Of a stretch of 64,000 bases of DNA, positions 1 through 8,887 are shown piece by piece (position 1 is the first letter of the stretch; every line of letters starts with the position of its first letter). Origin of the DNA: Thiohalobacteraceae bacterium (GTDB lineage Bacteria; Pseudomonadota; Gammaproteobacteria; Thiohalobacterales; Thiohalobacteraceae); NCBI GenBank assembly GCA_041592335.1, contig JBFHQE010000012.1, positions 10,383 through 74,382 of the forward strand, in the 5' to 3' direction. The translations under genes and the position numbers were made by a program. The notes below the pieces were generated by a model. That model was not told the origin of the DNA and did no database searches. It saw only the letters and a list, made by a program, of their open reading frames with translations.

Positions 1-1183
1 GATGCATTTTGTTGTTGTTGAGCAGGGTTGCTTCCGGGTCGACATCCTGCAGCACGGGTACCTGGTTGTTGGTGTAATTGTTGCCCGACAGGTCGGTTTC
101 GTAGAAATGCATCGCGACATCGGCCAGGGTATTTTCATAGGTGTCCGCGAATGAACCGCCATCGAATACGCCGGTGCCGTCTTCATCGGTATTTCCCACG
201 CTTGGATCGCCGCCATTCCAGTAACCGTCGGACATCATGACGGTGAAATTCTGTTGACACAAACCGCCCTGGTTATCGGGCAGAATGGGAGAAGCCCCCC
301 AGCTGCTTGCAATGGTCTTGGAGTAGTAATTGCCAGCATTTTCCAGAGTCTGGCGGAGTGGTGTGCCGCCGCTGGAGTTTACGTTGAACAGGTTACTCAA
401 CAATGTATCCTTGTTGGCCTGTGCGGTGGCATCAACCGGTGTAGAAATATTGTCTATATCCTTTACTGCGGTAAAGACACTGTTATTGTCGTGCAGCGTG
501 GCCAGTCCCATGCGCGCGGTGGAGCTGTTGACGACTTCGGATACGGCACGTTTTGCCACGTATTCACGTTTGCGGTAATAGCTGTACCAGTTTGCGTAGT
601 TGGTCGCTTCGGTTGCAGACAGTCGATCCACGCGGTAACAGCCCTGGTTGGTGCGACAATCGCCCTCCGCATTTACAGCAGGGCTGGTAGGGCATTCGCC
701 GGATTCATAGACGCCGTCGCCATCGTCTGTCCAGGCGAAATAGAAATCGTTTCTGAGATCGCGCGTGCCAGAAGTATTGTAGGGGTTGGTTCTTGCGGCG
801 GAAACCGACTGATTCGCGTAAGTGGTGCCGCCGCTGTCCTTGCCGGCCCAGGGGGTGTAGGTGACATTCGGATTGTAGGCCAGCACATTGTAGCCGGCGC
901 AGAGTTCCAGCTGTTCCGCTGTATCGTCAGGGCTGAAGTCGAGGTTTCCGCTATTGGGATTGCCGCCGTGGGCGATAAGTGCACCGTTGGATAGCAAAAC
1001 CTCCCAGTCCATACTGCCCGAATCATCGATCAGCCAGAGTATATTGGGTTGCACAGTTGTAGTGAGAAATAACGGTGTTTCGGCCAGTGTTCCCGGTGCG
1101 GCGTGCACAATGGGTGCAGACAGGCTGGTGAAGAGTAGGCCGGTCAGTGCGGTAATACGTGTATTCAGTTTATTCATCGTCAT
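1..1183 (-). CDS. pilY1: Type IV pilus tip-associated protein PilY1, N-terminal part (gene runs off the left window edge)
   Basis: Not in the supplied ORF track. Plus-strand triplets at positions 2,5,8...1181 contain no tta/cta/tca, so the minus frame is open for about 394 codons. ATG at 1183 (second ATG at 1177; GGGGAA just upstream). Translation starts MTMNKLNTRITALTGLLFTSLSAPIVHAAPG (signal peptide) and contains LWLIDDSGSMDWE (vWA/MIDAS-like DxSxS). It lies directly downstream of pilX. Confidence 0.8.
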   Translation of the reverse strand, partial: MTMNKLNTRITALTGLLFTSLSAPIVHAAPGTLAETPLFLTTTVQPNILWLIDDSGSMDWEVLLSNGALIAHGGNPNSGNLDFSPDDTAEQLELCAGYNVLAYNPNVTYTPWAGKDSGGTTYANQSVSAARTNPYNTSGTRDLRNDFYFAWTDDGDGVYESGECPTSPAVNAEGDCRTNQGCYRVDRLSATEATNYANWYSYYRKREYVAKRAVSEVVNSSTARMGLATLHDNNSVFTAVKDIDNISTPVDATAQANKDTLLSNLFNVNSSGGTPLRQTLENAGNYYSKTIASSWGASPILPDNQGGLCQQNFTVMMSDGYWNGGDPSVGNTDEDGTGVFDGGSFADTYENTLADVAMHFYETDLSGNNYTNNQVPVLQDVDPEATLLNNNKMH

Positions 1184-1216
1184 TTCCCCAATAGTTGGGT
1201 TAAAGCAAATCCTGTT

Positions 1217-1750
1217 CTAGAAACGTCGTCCATACTGGCTGCGGATCATGACCTCGCCAGCATCGTCCGTGGCGCCCGTGCCTCGGGCTAAAATTCGAAA
1301 TGTCGTAATATCGCCAGCGCCCTTGTTGTCGCCGTATTTTCCGGCATTAAGTGCGCCGGTGGTGCCGACAATTTTACCGGTCAGCGTGATCCAGTATTTA
1401 CTGGAGGCGCTACCCTCGGGTGCTGTTGCGGAGCGATAGTTGGCTGCCGTGGTCCAGGTGGCAGCAGCCCAGGGGTCTTCCGGCTCATTTTCCGGGTCAT
1501 CGAAAAGTCCGTTCTGGGTGCCGAAATCGCCTGTTGTGGTGATGTCGTTTTCTACATAATTTTCCGCTTCGCGAATGGCCGCCTCGGCTGACTGGAAAGC
1601 AATATTCTGATCTCGCATGTTCCCGGTCATGCGTTCTTCCATGATGGTGGTCTGGATAGAAGACACGCCAATGATAGTCATGAGAACCAGGATAATCAGG
1701 CTGATGGCCAGTACGGCGCCTTTTTGTCTGCAAGGTAATGCGTTTTTCAT
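1217..1750 (-). CDS. pilX: Type IV pilus minor pilin PilX
   Basis: 177 aa. N-terminus MKNALPCRQKGAVLAISLIILVLMTIIGVSSIQTTIMEERMTGN matches the PilX N-terminal domain pattern. Position between pilW and pilY1. Confidence 0.75.
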   Translation of the reverse strand: MKNALPCRQKGAVLAISLIILVLMTIIGVSSIQTTIMEERMTGNMRDQNIAFQSAEAAIREAENYVENDITTTGDFGTQNGLFDDPENEPEDPWAAATWTTAANYRSATAPEGSASSKYWITLTGKIVGTTGALNAGKYGDNKGAGDITTFRILARGTGATDDAGEVMIRSQYGRRF

Positions 1751-1760
1751 GGTGATTGGC

Positions 1761-2840
1761 CTATTTCACTCGGTTGCGCAGGGTGACGGTTGCGGTATAG
1801 GGCTGATACAGGCGGTTATCACCCGCAGTGGTAAGCGCCCGGTTGAAACTGTACTGCACCTGTTCCGGCGAGAGATTGTCATCGTTACTGCGCACCAGGA
1901 ATGACACATGGGTGCTGACGACGTTATCCATGTTGGTAACATTATCGGCAGTGACATAATAGTTCGCCGCAAAATCATCATCGGTATCTTCGCCGTATTC
2001 AATCTGCATGTCCGTGACGCCATCCACCAGTTCCAGGGTGGTGAAGGCGCCGCCAGTGGTTGTGGTCTGGAACAGGGCGGGTTGGCCAGCTGCACCATTG
2101 CCGATATAAAGCGCAGTTACGTACATCTGATAGACGGCGGCATCCAGGCCATAGGATTTACTTAACTTAGTGCCATGGTTTACGTTGTTACCGTGCGCCA
2201 GGGTGGATTTATCGACGCCGTTTGAATTCGGGTTGTTGGATACGACAAAGAGATCAGCCGAACTGCAGTCGCTGACCAGAACCAGCGAGTTCTGGGTAAT
2301 GTTGCACAAATCCGCATCCTTGATTTTGATGTTGGCCGAAGTTAAGTTCATCTGCTGCACGATGTTGCCGCCGGGGCAGGAACGGCTGCCTTTAATGACA
2401 ATGACATCTGTGCCGGCCACCACCTGTCCCACGCCAGCGCCGATGCTCAGGCCCATGTCTGTTAATTCATCATCCAGAGGACTGGTGACATTATCGAATC
2501 CGGAAACAGCGTTGGTGCCAATGAATCCCATTGCGTCTGTATCACCATCACCATCGGCATCATAACCAAATCCGGCGTCGGCAATATTGTTGAAGGATAT
2601 GCCGGTGTTACCGATGCGGGCGCAGCCGGTGAACCCGGCCATGCGAATTTCCCGACTGGCGAAATCGATGGAAAAACGTCCTGCTTCCTGCATGCGCGAA
2701 GCAGCGTGCAATACGCGTTGACTGGTGCTGTTGGAGACATAAAGCTGGACCACACCGGTCAGCAGGATGAGGCTCAACAGAATGCCAATCATCAGTTCGA
2801 CGATGGACAGACCCTGTTGATGTTTCAGATTCATCATCAT
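1761..2840 (-). CDS. pilW: Type IV pilus minor pilin PilW
   Basis: ORF 1761..3014 trimmed to the MMM at 2840. This gives MMMNLKHQQGLSIVELMIGILLSLILL, a prepilin-type leader plus hydrophobic helix, starting 14 nt after the pilV stop. Confidence 0.8.
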   Translation of the reverse strand: MMMNLKHQQGLSIVELMIGILLSLILLTGVVQLYVSNSTSQRVLHAASRMQEAGRFSIDFASREIRMAGFTGCARIGNTGISFNNIADAGFGYDADGDGDTDAMGFIGTNAVSGFDNVTSPLDDELTDMGLSIGAGVGQVVAGTDVIVIKGSRSCPGGNIVQQMNLTSANIKIKDADLCNITQNSLVLVSDCSSADLFVVSNNPNSNGVDKSTLAHGNNVNHGTKLSKSYGLDAAVYQMYVTALYIGNGAAGQPALFQTTTTGGAFTTLELVDGVTDMQIEYGEDTDDDFAANYYVTADNVTNMDNVVSTHVSFLVRSNDDNLSPEQVQYSFNRALTTAGDNRLYQPYTATVTLRNRVK

Positions 2841-2853
2841 GGTGTGTTTTCCC

Positions 2854-3399
2854 TTAAGGTTCGAATGCCACAAATAAAGGATCCGCGTCGAGTTCGCCAT
2901 TGCGGTCACGATCCCACCAGACTTTGATGACATAAGGGCCACCACCGTCACATTCATGGCCCGCAGCGCTGGTTCCATCGTTTGGGCTATCATCACGGCA
3001 CACAACACCTTCACCGGAAGGCAGGTTTAGTTCCAGCATGTCTTCCCATTCAGCGGCATCGTTGCTGGCCATTTGCGCCGAATTACAGCCAGTGGTGGTG
3101 GTGCAGGCGCCGACTTTGGCGCCACTGCCGGGCAGGTCATAATCGCCATCCTCGACAGCATCCATATTGGCGCGCATGCGATCGGCCATGTCATAGGCGA
3201 GAATGAGTGCCTGGGTGCGCATGAAGGCTTCACGGTTTTGTTGCATGCTGTTCAATTGCAGGCTTGCCAGACCGAGCAGTCCGATCGACAGCACGACGAC
3301 CGCGATCAGCACTTCAATCAGGGTGAATCCTGCGCTGGTTTTTCCGGAGTTCAACTGACTTACCATCTTCATGTCCTGGATAGCGTTATGGGCAGGCAA
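2854..3399 (-). CDS. pilV: Type IV pilus minor pilin PilV
   Basis: Contains GFTLIEVLIAVVVLSIGLLGLASLQ (prepilin cleavage/methylation motif). The true start may be the internal ATG at 3372 (MKMVSQLNSGKTSAG/FTLIE). Confidence 0.8.
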   Translation of the reverse strand: MPAHNAIQDMKMVSQLNSGKTSAGFTLIEVLIAVVVLSIGLLGLASLQLNSMQQNREAFMRTQALILAYDMADRMRANMDAVEDGDYDLPGSGAKVGACTTTTGCNSAQMASNDAAEWEDMLELNLPSGEGVVCRDDSPNDGTSAAGHECDGGGPYVIKVWWDRDRNGELDADPLFVAFEP

Positions 3400-3883
3400 A
3401 CGGGGATGTATTCACCCGGCCCGCGGCGGAAATAGTGATGATTCGGCCGGTTTCGCCGGTGCGGGTGTCGCACAGCGTGAGGCTGCCCATGTTGTCCACC
3501 ATGCCGGTCCCGGAGAAAATAAAACTGCCCTGGGCGGCAGCGGAGAAAGTAATTTTGCCGGAGGCATCGACCGGGTCAAAAACACGCAGTACTTCATCGC
3601 CTTCCTGCGCGTTATTCGAATTTTTATCGACCCACACTGTCCAGCCGTTGCCCCAGTTCGTACCGTTCGCGCTAACTATCCGGGCATTGCGGCGATGTTT
3701 AATTGCGGCGCTGCGCGCGAGCTGAACGGAGGCTACAAAATCGTTGGCGGCTGCGGTCAGGCGACTGTTCCGCATCTGGTTCTCGAAGCTGGGAACGCCG
3801 ATGGTCAACAGGATGGCTGCGATAGCCAGCGCAATCATCAGCTCGACCAGCGTGAAACCGGATTGTTTGAACATTGTTTTCAT
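3386..3883 (-). CDS. fimT: GspH/FimT-family minor pilin (FimT/FimU)
   Basis: ORF 3386..3925 trimmed to MKTMFKQSG/FTLVELMIALAIAAILLTIGVPSF, a prepilin leader and GspH-type N-terminus. First gene of the minor-pilin operon. Confidence 0.75.
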   Translation of the reverse strand: MKTMFKQSGFTLVELMIALAIAAILLTIGVPSFENQMRNSRLTAAANDFVASVQLARSAAIKHRRNARIVSANGTNWGNGWTVWVDKNSNNAQEGDEVLRVFDPVDASGKITFSAAAQGSFIFSGTGMVDNMGSLTLCDTRTGETGRIITISAAGRVNTSPFACP

Positions 3884-4096
3884 GTCGACCGTGTCTTTTC
3901 CCTGTGTCTGATGGGTTTGGCTCATTCGGCCTAACGGCTGTTATACCGGAAGCTGAAGCCAAGTGTGTCAAAAAGCCGACTAGTGGGCTGAAGAGTGGGA
4001 TAAACGGTCGCTCTGGGAGATGAATCTCAATATTTCAATAAGTTGGGGTGTGGCCCCATGGCGGGGCAAGGTTGGATTGCAGGAAAACAGGGAAAA

Positions 4097-4432
4097 TTAG
4101 CGCGCTTTGCGGATCTCATCCATGGGGTCGACTTCGTCTTCATCGGGGAGGATGGTGCTGCACCAGCTGCTGCCACTCTCCTGGCAACGGTCCGAGTCGG
4201 CGCCCTTGACGACGAAATTGGCCCAGATGCTGGCGATCACCCAGAGGCCGATGCCCACCAGGCCGGTCTGCATGCCGGTGCCATCGGCGGGGCCGCCAAA
4301 AAAGGGACCGTATATCAGGGCAACGATGCCCGCGAGCCAGAAGATGCCAATCGGTGCCGCACAACAACTTTTACACCCGTATTTGCATGCAGCCAGTGGA
4401 GGGATGAAGAGGGTCAGCCAGAGTCTGTTCAT
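4097..4432 (-). CDS. Small Cys-rich integral membrane protein (N-terminus resembles Pmp3/YqaE proteolipids)
   Basis: 111 aa with 2-3 hydrophobic helices. LFIPPLAACKYGCKSCC resembles the LPPLAV..GC motif of UPF0057 proteins. Acidic C-terminal tail. The opposite-strand ORF 4043..4537 looks like a shadow. Confidence 0.45.
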   Translation of the reverse strand: MNRLWLTLFIPPLAACKYGCKSCCAAPIGIFWLAGIVALIYGPFFGGPADGTGMQTGLVGIGLWVIASIWANFVVKGADSDRCQESGSSWCSTILPDEDEVDPMDEIRKAR

Positions 4433-4571
4433 CGTTGTCTATCTCCGTCTTGTCGCTGTGTCTGGTTCTGGTCTGCGCCAGATTGCATTTCCGTTACAGC
4501 GTTTCTAGCACAAGTGCCATGCAGGGTATACCGCTAACTAGTAATAAGGGTATAAAAAATAGATATGAATA

Positions 4572-4778
4572 TTAGGCGCTGTGGGGGAAATAGAGGATTT
4601 CTGCGGATGGGGCGTCCGGGCGGGGCGTCGGATGGGCTTTTTCGATACCCAGGAGTTCAAAGCAATCGTACGGAAAATCAAAACCTTGCTGCAATGTCAG
4701 CTCTTCGAGGTTGCCGAGCACATCGCGCATGGTCAATTCGAGTTCGAAGGTTGTCGCAGTTCGGCGTGTGACGCGCAT
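4572..4778 (-). CDS. Hypothetical small protein (68 aa)
   Basis: GGAGAAG lies about 9 nt upstream of the ATG at 4778. Same orientation as the flanking suhB. No recognisable family. Confidence 0.3.
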   Translation of the reverse strand: MRVTRRTATTFELELTMRDVLGNLEELTLQQGFDFPYDCFELLGIEKAHPTPRPDAPSAEILYFPHSA

Positions 4779-4840
4779 AGTCTGATCTTCTCCAGGTGAC
4801 TGACCAATTTAGCGGCCTGGAGAAGGGAGACTTGATGCGT

Positions 4841-5644
4841 TTAACCCTTGAGTTCGTCGCTCAGGTGGGGGCCGATCTTCTTGATCATGGCGGCAAACAC
4901 CTTTGGATTACCGGCCACAATATTCCCGGATTCCAGGAACTTATGGCCCCCGGTGAGATCGCCGACAATACCCCCGGCTTCCTGGATCAGAAGGATGCCG
5001 GCGGCGATATCCCACTTGTTCAGGCCGATTTCCCAGAAACCGTCGATACGCCCGGCGGCCAGGTAGGCCAGGTCCAGCGCGGCGGAACCGGGGCGGCGGA
5101 TACCGGAGGTTTCCAGCAGCAGGTCACGGAACATGGCCAGGTAGGCATCCAGGTAGTGGTGATCCTTGTAGGGAAAACCGGTGCCAAGCAAGGCGCCTTC
5201 CAGACTCTTGCGCTGGGCGACGCGCAGGCGGCGGTTATTCAGAAATGCACCATTGCCGCGGCTGGCCGAGAACATCTCGTCGCGCAAGGGATCGTAGACC
5301 AGCCCAACTTCGAGGCGTTTTTTGTGCAGCAGGGCGATGGAAACCGAAAACTGCGGGAAGCCATGCAGGAAGTTGGTGGTGCCGTCGAGAGGATCGATGA
5401 CCCACTGGTACTCATCATCCTTGCCTGCCTGAATGCCGCTTTCTTCCGCGAGGATGCCATGGTCGGGATAGGCCTTGTTCAGTACCTCGATGATGGCGTT
5501 TTCGGCATTACGATCGACTTCGGAGACGTAGTCATTGCGGTCCTTGTTGTCGACGGTCAGTTCGTCGAGGCGGTCCAGCTGGCGGACAATGATTCTGCCG
5601 GCGGCGCGGGCCGCGCGCTGGGCAATGTTGAGCATCGGGTGCAT
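4841..5644 (-). CDS. suhB: Inositol-1-monophosphatase SuhB
   Basis: 267 aa. Motifs ILAEESG, WVIDPLDGTTNF and a typical IMPase C-terminus. Confidence 0.93.
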   Translation of the reverse strand: MHPMLNIAQRAARAAGRIIVRQLDRLDELTVDNKDRNDYVSEVDRNAENAIIEVLNKAYPDHGILAEESGIQAGKDDEYQWVIDPLDGTTNFLHGFPQFSVSIALLHKKRLEVGLVYDPLRDEMFSASRGNGAFLNNRRLRVAQRKSLEGALLGTGFPYKDHHYLDAYLAMFRDLLLETSGIRRPGSAALDLAYLAAGRIDGFWEIGLNKWDIAAGILLIQEAGGIVGDLTGGHKFLESGNIVAGNPKVFAAMIKKIGPHLSDELKG

Positions 5645-5784
5645 GGCATTCGTCTAGGTTGATCTTTCGAGGGGGCGCAGGATAGCAGATTTTTGGCAAC
5701 TATTGCTGGTCAATTCGCAGTCTCGGTTAGCTTTGTTCTCGCTCCGGTAAAGGACAGTCGCTCGAAAAAGCACCCTTCGACTGC

Positions 5785-6672
5785 TTACTTCAAGTTTGCG
5801 AGCGCCTGTCCCATTTTGACGCTATCGGTGGCGGCCAGTGATTCCAGCCATTCAACCCGGTCTTTGCCGAACAGCAGGATCACCGTGGAGCCCATGTTGA
5901 AACGGCCCATTTCCTCGCCACGTTTTAACTTCACGGCCGCGTTGCCGGATTTGGGGTAATCGCGTATCCGTACACCGTAGCCATGCGGCGGGGTTTCCAC
6001 GCCGCTCCAGACGGTTTCGATGCAGGAGACGAACAGGGCACCGACGGCGACCATTGCCATGGGGCCCGCCTCGGTATCGAAAATGCAAGCGAGCCGTTCG
6101 TTGCGCGCAAACAGGCGCGGCACGGTACGCACGGTATGGGGTGCCACGCTGAACAGCCGACCCGGGATATATATTGTGCGTTTCAGGGTGCCGCTGATCG
6201 GCATGTGAATACGGTGATAGTCGCGCGGCGACAGGTACAGTGTGGTGAACTGGCCATCTTGAAATACTTCAGCCGTCTTGCTGTCGCCACCGAGCAGTTC
6301 CAGTACATCAAAGGATTGCCCCTTGGCCTGGAATACTCGTCCGCCGGTGATCGGGCCGATCTGACTGATGCAGCCATCCACCGGTGAGATCAGCGCTGCA
6401 TCCTCGGCCAGCGGTCGCGCATCGGCGCGCAGTTCGCGGGTGAAAAAATGATTGAACGAAGGAAAGTCATCCAGCGAATGCAGTTTGGCTTCATCCAGGC
6501 TGATGCCGAAATGCTTGCGAATGATATTAATCAGCAGATTCTTCCACGCCGGCCATTCACAGCGCGTGGCCATGAGTACGATTCGCGACAGGGCGTGATG
6601 CGGCAGAAAATACTGCGGCAGACTTTTCAGCCAGTCAGATTCGCTGGCTGGCGTGTTATCGAAGTTAGTCAT
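5785..6672 (-). CDS. psd: Phosphatidylserine decarboxylase proenzyme
   Basis: 295 aa. LSPRDYHRIHMP and the FNMGSTV self-cleavage (G-S-T) motif. Confidence 0.93.
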   Translation of the reverse strand: MTNFDNTPASESDWLKSLPQYFLPHHALSRIVLMATRCEWPAWKNLLINIIRKHFGISLDEAKLHSLDDFPSFNHFFTRELRADARPLAEDAALISPVDGCISQIGPITGGRVFQAKGQSFDVLELLGGDSKTAEVFQDGQFTTLYLSPRDYHRIHMPISGTLKRTIYIPGRLFSVAPHTVRTVPRLFARNERLACIFDTEAGPMAMVAVGALFVSCIETVWSGVETPPHGYGVRIRDYPKSGNAAVKLKRGEEMGRFNMGSTVILLFGKDRVEWLESLAATDSVKMGQALANLK

Positions 6673-6711
6673 GAATGGTTTGAAACAATTGCCTTGCGGT
6701 GACCGTTATCG

Positions 6712-7179
6712 TTAGTGGTGATGATGGTGATGGTCGTGGTCGGCCATGTCATCATTGCCACCTTTCTTCACCGTTAGGCTGAGCTTCATGCAATCGTCGC
6801 CCTTTCCGGACAGGGAGATGTCGATAGTGTCACCGGCCTTGAAACTGCGTTTGGCGCCGATCAGCATCAGATGATAGCTGCCCGGCTCCAGCACCAGTTC
6901 ACCCTTGGCGGGAACTATGAAGCTGTCCTGCTTGATCATGCTGGCAACGCCATCCTCAATCACCGTGCGGTGCATCTCGACGGATTCAAAGTCGTCGCTT
7001 TCGGCATGCGTTAATTCAACAGGTTCATCGCCGCTGTTCTTCATGACCATGAAACCGGCCAGCACTTTGGCGGTTGGGGGTCCTTCGCGCACCCAGCCTT
7101 CTTCAATTGTCAGTAGGCTTTCAGACAGGGCAGGTAGACAGAAAATGCTCAGTACAAGAGATAGGAAAAAGCGTCGCAT
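6712..7179 (-). CDS. Periplasmic copper chaperone PCu(A)C (DUF461) with C-terminal His-rich tail
   Basis: 155 aa. Signal peptide, H/M copper motif (VEMHRTV ... GSYHLML), ends DHDHHHHHH. Its start overlaps the Sco1 stop (TAATG). Confidence 0.85.
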   Translation of the reverse strand: MRRFFLSLVLSIFCLPALSESLLTIEEGWVREGPPTAKVLAGFMVMKNSGDEPVELTHAESDDFESVEMHRTVIEDGVASMIKQDSFIVPAKGELVLEPGSYHLMLIGAKRSFKAGDTIDISLSGKGDDCMKLSLTVKKGGNDDMADHDHHHHHH

Positions 7180-7832
7180 TAATGGTTTGCCTCGTAGTAT
7201 TCGATAATTGCCGCGTAATCATGGGCGATTTCACGGGGTTTAAGTGGCGGTGTGAACAAAGCATGCAGCCGGCCAGCGGGATCGATCAGGTTGATACCGG
7301 CGGAATGATCGACAATGTAATCCTGACTGTCCGGTGAATTCTTCACATAACGGAAGTAAGCATGCAGTTGTTTGCTGAAGTCGGTGACGGCCTGCGATTC
7401 GCCACTGACCCCAAGAAAGGCTTCATTAAAGTAAGGTGCGTATGAGTGCAGCCGCTCCGGCGTGTCGCGTTCCGGGTCTACCGAAACGAAGATCACGACG
7501 GGTGATGTTACCTGCGGGTAGTCGGCATTGAGAACCCTGATCATGCTGTTCAGGTCATTCATGGTGGTCGGGCAGATATCGGGGCAATGGGTATAACCGA
7601 AGAAGACCAGGCTCCACTGGCCCTTGAACCGCGCAAGGTCGAAGGGGGCGCCATTGTGGTCGATCAGCGAAAACTCGGTCAGCGGTTGCGGCGTCGGTAG
7701 CCAGGTTGATTGCTGCAGTTGCGGTGGCGGCGGGGGCTGTTGCAGCTGCATGGCGATAATGCCGCCTGCCAGCAGCAGGGCAATGACGAGCCAGACAATG
7801 AGTGCTTTACCGGTTTGATGTCGGGGGTCCAT
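7179..7832 (-). CDS. SCO1/SenC family copper-binding thioredoxin-like protein
   Basis: 217 aa. N-terminal TM anchor and FFGYTHCPDICPTT (CxxxC) motif. Confidence 0.9.
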   Translation of the reverse strand: MDPRHQTGKALIVWLVIALLLAGGIIAMQLQQPPPPPQLQQSTWLPTPQPLTEFSLIDHNGAPFDLARFKGQWSLVFFGYTHCPDICPTTMNDLNSMIRVLNADYPQVTSPVVIFVSVDPERDTPERLHSYAPYFNEAFLGVSGESQAVTDFSKQLHAYFRYVKNSPDSQDYIVDHSAGINLIDPAGRLHALFTPPLKPREIAHDYAAIIEYYEANH

Positions 7833-7892
7833 GGCGCGGCATTATCCCATGTCCGGCCCAGTTCGGCTATCATGTGCGCCTGATTCCATAGC

Positions 7893-8825
7893 GTGCCCGA
7901 AACCATGTCTGACCAGCTCACCGAACTGCATACCATTGCCGATTACATCCGCTGGGGCGCGAGCCGCTTCAACGAGCACCAGTTGTGTTTCGGGCATGGC
8001 ACTGACAATGCGCTGGATGAAGCGCGTCTGCTGGTACTGCATACCCTGCATTTGCCGTATCAGTTGCCTGATACTTATTTATCTACCCGGCTGACCACGC
8101 GGGAGCGGGAGGCGGTGATGGCGATTTTGCAGCGCCGGTTTCGTGAACGCCTGCCAGCGCCCTATCTCACCGGCGAGGCCTGGTTTGCGGGAATACCTTT
8201 TTATGTCGATGACCGCGTGCTGGTGCCGCGTTCGCCGATTGCGGAACTCATCGAGAACCACTTTGAGCCCTGGATGGTGGCCGACCAGATTGAATCGGTG
8301 CTGGATCTCTGCACCGGTAGTGGCTGTATCGGCATCGCGACCGCACTCTACCTGGACGAGGCGCAGGTCGATCTGGCGGATATTTCGGATGCCGCGCTGG
8401 ATGTGGCTCGCAAGAACGCCGAAAAACACCATGTCGATGACAGGGTTAATGTGTTGAAGTCTAATCTGTTCAGTGCCCTGGAGGGACGCAGCTATGATGT
8501 GATCGTGAGCAATCCGCCTTACGTGGACGCGGCGGATATGGCCGCGCTGCCGGATGAGTATTGCCACGAACCGGAACTGGGGCTGACCGGTGGTGAAGAC
8601 GGACTGGACCTGGTGGCCCTGATGCTGGCCGAGGCGCGCAGTCACCTGAACGATCATGGCATTCTCATTGTCGAAGTGGGGAATTCAGCGCCTGCCCTGG
8701 AGGAGCGCTATCCGGATGTGCCCTTTACCTGGCTGGACTTCGAGCGCGGTGGACATGGCGTGTTTTTGCTGACTGCGGAACAGCTGGATGAATATGCCGC
8801 GGACTTTGCAGAGGCGAATACTTGA
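7893..8825 (+). CDS. prmB: 50S ribosomal protein L3 glutamine N5-methyltransferase PrmB
   Basis: 310 aa. VSNPPYV motif and SAM-binding DLCTGSGCIG. N-terminus typical of PrmB/YfcB. Confidence 0.88.
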   Translation: MPETMSDQLTELHTIADYIRWGASRFNEHQLCFGHGTDNALDEARLLVLHTLHLPYQLPDTYLSTRLTTREREAVMAILQRRFRERLPAPYLTGEAWFAGIPFYVDDRVLVPRSPIAELIENHFEPWMVADQIESVLDLCTGSGCIGIATALYLDEAQVDLADISDAALDVARKNAEKHHVDDRVNVLKSNLFSALEGRSYDVIVSNPPYVDAADMAALPDEYCHEPELGLTGGEDGLDLVALMLAEARSHLNDHGILIVEVGNSAPALEERYPDVPFTWLDFERGGHGVFLLTAEQLDEYAADFAEANT

Positions 8826-8835
8826 TAAAAATCAT
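8822..8835 (+). promoter_or_regulatory. Candidate FNR/ANR box (TTGATAAAAATCAT) of a class II promoter for hemN
   Basis: 9/10 match to TTGAT-N4-ATCAA. A TAAAGT -10-like hexamer at 8858..8863 puts the box centre at about -41.5. Confidence 0.5.
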
Positions 8836-8887
8836 CGCGTATAGCGAGGAGGCCAAGTAAAGTCACAAGCCTTCTTCGGAGATATCT

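Noticed and set aside
254-994. 246-aa plus-strand ORF at the left end
   Set aside because: It lies entirely antisense to the open pilY1 frame. It is rich in G/A/V/C/R, typical of a GC-rich shadow frame, and has no start context or recognisable domain.
3940-3971. TTGACA ... TATAAC promoter-like hexamers (minus strand) upstream of fimT
   Set aside because: The spacer is 20 nt, outside the functional 16-18 nt range. No call made.
4043-4537. 164-aa plus-strand ORF opposite the Cys-rich membrane protein
   Set aside because: The composition is shadow-like. The minus-strand ORF has clear hydrophobic helices, so I kept that one, though with modest confidence.
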